IMG/VR virus record: IMGVR_UViG_3300012921_000064
Coordinates: 1 to 31,968 of that record
From: a virus
Taxonomy: Duplodnaviria > Caudoviricetes
DNA: 31,968 nucleotides
Direction: 5' to 3' (one strand)
This document shows, one piece after another, positions 28,685 to 31,968 of this stretch (position 1 is its first letter; each line of letters starts with the position of its first letter). The position numbers were made by a program, and so were the translations under genes. Below the pieces are notes generated by a model. It was not told the DNA's origin. It saw only the letters and a list, made by a program, of their open reading frames with translations, and did no database searches.

Positions 28685-29044
28685 ATGGGTGGCAACAATC
28701 CAACCACGCAGACCGAAACGCCGGCGATCTCCGGCTTTCCCGCGACGGCCGGCAGCTACACGATGCAGCCGGCGCCGCCGGGTTTAATCGAGGCCTTGGC
28801 CGCGCAGTTGCAGGCCGGCTATGGCGGCAACCAGCGCGCCTATCTCGACACGGTCTACCGGCCGATGACGTTCCCGTCATTCCATGCGCTCGGGATGCCC
28901 GTCGCGGCCACGGCAGTGGTGCCCGCGACGCATGCTGCGGCGCCGGCTGCAGGAAAGGCAGCGAGCGCTGCGCCGCTGCCGAACACGCCGATCGAGCAGC
29001 TCCTGTCGCGCTCCCCGTCATCGAATTTCGGCGGGACGTATTGA
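28685..29044 (+). CDS. 'MGGN' ejection-type / internal virion protein
   Basis: RBS AGGA; MGGNNPTTQTET start like 24410; 119 aa. Confidence 0.65.
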   Translation: MGGNNPTTQTETPAISGFPATAGSYTMQPAPPGLIEALAAQLQAGYGGNQRAYLDTVYRPMTFPSFHALGMPVAATAVVPATHAAAPAAGKAASAAPLPNTPIEQLLSRSPSSNFGGTY

Positions 29045-29083
29045 AGCGGCCGAACCATCCTACACATGGCCGGTCCGGCGAAC

Positions 29084-29857
29084 TCAGTCGCAGTTCACCC
29101 AGTCGAGGCCGTCGGGCGCGCGGCAATAACCGTCATTCTCGAGATCTTCCAGAATGGCGATGGTTGCCGCACAGGCAGCATCGGCCTTCTCCTCGCTGAC
29201 CCTGATGCCGTCAGCATCCTCGCCGTCCAGGCAGATACGGCTCGCAACGGTCCAGCTCTCGAAGCGGGGATCGACGGGAAAGGTGGCGGGTGGCACGACG
29301 ACGATCGCAGGCCCGGGTTGGAGAACTGCGTCAGCGGAATACGGGTCCGCCGCGCAAAGGCGCCAGCCGCTCGCCGGGTCGTCGCAATAGCCGCCTTGCT
29401 CGAGCAGTTCCTGGAGCGCGACGGCTTCGGCACAGGCGGCCTTGATGTCATCCTCGCCAGTCTTCACGCCGTAATGATCATCGCCCGAGTTGCAGGTGTG
29501 GTTCGCGTATAGCCAGGCCCTCAGCACGCTGCCCAAATCGGGCGCGGGCGCAGCGTCCGGCGCCGCGATCGTCTGGCAGAACTCGACAAAACGCTCGTCA
29601 GCGAGCCAGAATTCGCCTTGCTTGCGAACGACCTGCATCGGGGCCGAGCCGTCGCGCGGATGGGCGACCTGAATTGCAGAGCCGGTGCCGGCGCTGCCCG
29701 TCCAAAACGACTGGGCTTTCCCGGTTTCACGGAGGGTCAGTTCCAGCCCATTATCGACGAGCACTCTTTCGCCGGCGGGCTTTCTGGTGCTCGTGTAGGT
29801 ATCGCAAGCAAGTGCGGTATTGGTGACCAACAGCAGAAGCGCGGCGACGTACTGCAT
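29084..29857 (-). CDS. Secreted 'AGTG' family protein copy 2 with two extra Cys-rich repeats
   Basis: Signal peptide MQYVAALLLLVTNTALA, TGSAGTG, then 2x W...C..G.....AAC.....L...GYC....W..C; RBS GGGAGGG. Confidence 0.82.
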   Translation of the reverse strand: MQYVAALLLLVTNTALACDTYTSTRKPAGERVLVDNGLELTLRETGKAQSFWTGSAGTGSAIQVAHPRDGSAPMQVVRKQGEFWLADERFVEFCQTIAAPDAAPAPDLGSVLRAWLYANHTCNSGDDHYGVKTGEDDIKAACAEAVALQELLEQGGYCDDPASGWRLCAADPYSADAVLQPGPAIVVVPPATFPVDPRFESWTVASRICLDGEDADGIRVSEEKADAACAATIAILEDLENDGYCRAPDGLDWVNCD

Positions 29858-29865
29858 CGTTCCCT

Positions 29866-29915
29866 CCCGACGAGACGGCAGATCGTGCCGCCCGACGAGA
29901 CGGCAGATCGTGCCG
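29866..29915. repeat. Perfect 25-bp tandem duplication
   Basis: CCCGACGAGACGGCAGATCGTGCCG x2. Confidence 0.95.
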
Positions 29916-29936
29916 CCATCCACCAGAATAAGATGA

Positions 29937-29951
29937 GAACAAAGGCAGAAC
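29937..29951 (-). promoter_or_regulatory. Alphaproteobacterial LexA (SOS) box
   Basis: GTTC-tgccttt-GTTC on the minus strand, between TTGCCA and CATCTT promoter-like hexamers. Confidence 0.75.
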
Positions 29952-30021
29952 AATGGCAAGAGCGCAGGACAAAGCGCAACGATAGCGGCATCCCGGTCTC
30001 AGACACCGTGGCGGTGACGAC

Positions 30022-30124
30022 CTAAAGCATGTCGCGTGAATTGGGATTCACGCGACATGCTTTAGGTTTGGGGACTTTGCGCATGTCTTTGTCCCAAAAT
30101 CGGGACCACTTTTGGGAGACATGC
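30022..30124. repeat. ~100-bp palindromic miniature element, copy 2
   Basis: Near-identical to 27327-27428. Confidence 0.92.
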
Positions 30125-30576
30125 TGTGGAGCGTTTTCGCGATAGGTAGAATCGCTAAACCGCTCTAAGCTATTGTTTTTGCAGTAAGAACGGCGAGAAT
30201 TTCCGCCGGGATCCACCTTTCCTGGATTTGCCCGAGCGAGGCCGAGCCAAGCGTGCCCGCTTCCGTCCGCCCCTTGACGGGGCTGTTCGCGGCCGGCTGA
30301 ACCACTGTCGGACCAGCGCTCATTGGCGAACGCAACAAGCAAACCAGGCCAGCGCGGTCGACCAAAGGGCACCGCGCACTCTCCGCAGTTCAAGGAACAG
30401 GCATGGCAAGATTGCATGATGGCCGCGCTGTCAACGCTGGCGTCGGCAGGGCCTGGTAGATGGCCCGGACGGTCGCTTCATCAGGCGTTACGGCAATGAT
30501 CCCATAAGCGCTGCGGAGAAGGCAGCAAGTTCCACTCTGGCCTTTCCCGCCCTCTTCAGCGCCGCACACGACGCGG

Positions 30577-30897
30577 CTATTTCGTCGTGCAGCCTGGGCG
30601 ATAGATTTCCAGGTCGAACACGAGCACCTCGTCAACAAAAAGGAACGAATAGTGATGCTCGCTATCGCCATTCCACTCATAGGCGTACCGCCTGGGGATA
30701 CCGGTGCCAGCACCGGATGTGCCTAGCTCCACGACTTGTCCTCCTTGGTTCCAAACCATCTCTGGTTCTATGCCCGGATCATTAATGGTGACAGTCCAGT
30801 CGGGATTATCTTCGTTCTGATAACACCGAGCGGCGGCGGCCGGCGAAGCGAGGGCGAAGGACGCCATCGCGAGAAGAAAACCAGCGGTGAGCTTCAT
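30577..30897 (-). CDS. Small secreted 'AGTG' family protein copy 3
   Basis: Signal peptide ending AAA, CY...D.PDW, TSGAGTGI, HYSFLFVDEVLVFDLEIY.P.C; aligns full length with 9365-9646. Confidence 0.85.
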   Translation of the reverse strand: MKLTAGFLLAMASFALASPAAAARCYQNEDNPDWTVTINDPGIEPEMVWNQGGQVVELGTSGAGTGIPRRYAYEWNGDSEHHYSFLFVDEVLVFDLEIYRPGCTTK

Positions 30898-30938
30898 TGA
30901 TCGCTACCCCTTTCGAGCAAGTATCAAAACCAGCCAAA

Positions 30939-30953
30939 GAACAAAGGCAGAAC
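30939..30953 (-). promoter_or_regulatory. Alphaproteobacterial LexA (SOS) box
   Basis: Identical GAACAAAGGCAGAAC (GAAC-N7-GAAC). Confidence 0.7.
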
Positions 30954-31068
30954 GATGGCGGCGCAGTCATCGGGACAAGCCAGCGGCGCTGCACCGGCGC
31001 CGCCACAGCTACGGGAAACAGTCCCTGCAGATGCGCAAAGAGCTTCACGATCAACCAGGATTGGCCAA

Positions 31069-31968
31069 ATGCCCAACGTTGTCGACTTGACCGAGCAGGA
31101 CATCGATTACATCGCGCGAGTGGTACAGACCGAGGTCGACCACGGGTTGGCGCCCCAGGAACACAAGGCGATGGTTGAGATGGTGGTCGACACCATTCTC
31201 AACCGGATGGCGACAGAGCGCTACGGCTCTTCGATCACTGATGTCCTAAACGATCCACGCGCGTTCACCAAAATCACAGGCCCGGCGCAATATGACCCTT
31301 ACGGCAGTGTGCAGGCAGCACCGAAGGCCAGCCGACGAGTGCAGAGCCTCGTCAACGCCCATATCGCGGCGCGCGCTCAGGGAAAGCCCTCGACGATCGG
31401 GACGCGGGCCAGAGAGCAGGGCTTGCCGGCCTCGTTGGGCGGCAGCGTCAATTATGCCAATCCGTTTGAGAGCGACGAGACGAACTGCGCGGGTGGGTGA
31501 ACCCGATGATCGCCGCCGGAGCGGCAAAGGTCGGGACCGGCAAGTCGGTCCACTACCACGGCAACGAACCTGGTGTTAAGGGGCGCCACCGCTTATCACC
31601 TGCAGCCGCCCATCGGGTTTTTTCCCGGACTTATGGAACCCTGGGAAGCGCGCTACAACCCTGATCCGCTTCCGTCACCACGGCCATTGTCACCCATCGA
31701 GCTCTCGCGGCAGTTGGTCAACGGACTTGGCGAAGCGGGGGTGCTCGGCCTCGATGGGCGTTGGCAATCGAGCATGGGATCCCGCCTTTCGAGCGAGGGA
31801 CTGTGCCGGCGGCTGAAGGACGTGATGGCGGTGAGCCTGCCGCACGGCAACGTCGCCCACATGAACTCCAAATACGGGTACATCTCGACCTGGAGCCCGG
31901 CAGACGACGACGAGCGCGGCACGGTCTACGGCAAAGCGCTGGCGATCGACCCGACAGGCAAGCACTAC
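31069..31968 (+). pseudogene. Second SleB-like cell-wall hydrolase, frameshifted, runs off window
   Basis: IARVVQTE, TILNR, ITDVLN...AF, NYANP; shifts near 31485 and 31580 restore WVNPM...HYHG and GVLGLDGR (also in 9680-10855). Confidence 0.72.

Larger units (their letters stand above)
3013..31968 (+). mobile_element. Podovirus-like prophage-derived element (no integrase or replication module seen); continues beyond the window
   Basis: Repressor/operator switch, antiterminator, terS/terL, P22-like portal, scaffold, capsid, adaptor, nozzle and ejection proteins in phage order; left boundary approximate. Confidence 0.88.

Overview
High-GC alphaproteobacterial chromosome, probably Rhizobiales/Phyllobacteriaceae-like judging from Lon and the intergenic palindromic repeats. 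lon and HU (1-2885) are followed by a ~29 kb podovirus-derived element that runs off the right edge. The element has a complete lambda-style switch: a cleavable XRE/S24 repressor flanked by two sets of three 15-bp operators. It also encodes a LexA DNA-binding-domain-only protein, a NusG-type antiterminator, a small terminase with a doubled DNA-binding domain, and uninterrupted terminase, portal, scaffold, capsid, adaptor, nozzle and ejection genes. No integrase, recombination or replication genes are visible, and host palindromic repeats occupy many of its gene junctions, which suggests long-term domestication. Variable, partly decayed effector cassettes interrupt the intact virion core: (i) SleB-like peptidoglycan hydrolases placed head-to-head with a family of secreted 'AGTG' putative inhibitors, two of which carry alphaproteobacterial LexA boxes; (ii) ADP-ribosyltransferase-like polyvalent-protein modules; (iii) tandem zincin metallopeptidase plus small partner gene pairs. 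Working hypothesis (inference): a replication-less, SOS-inducible phage-derived particle (GTA-like or toxin-delivery) with polymorphic toxin/immunity cassettes. A decaying prophage cannot be excluded. All family assignments come from motif recognition by eye, not database searches.
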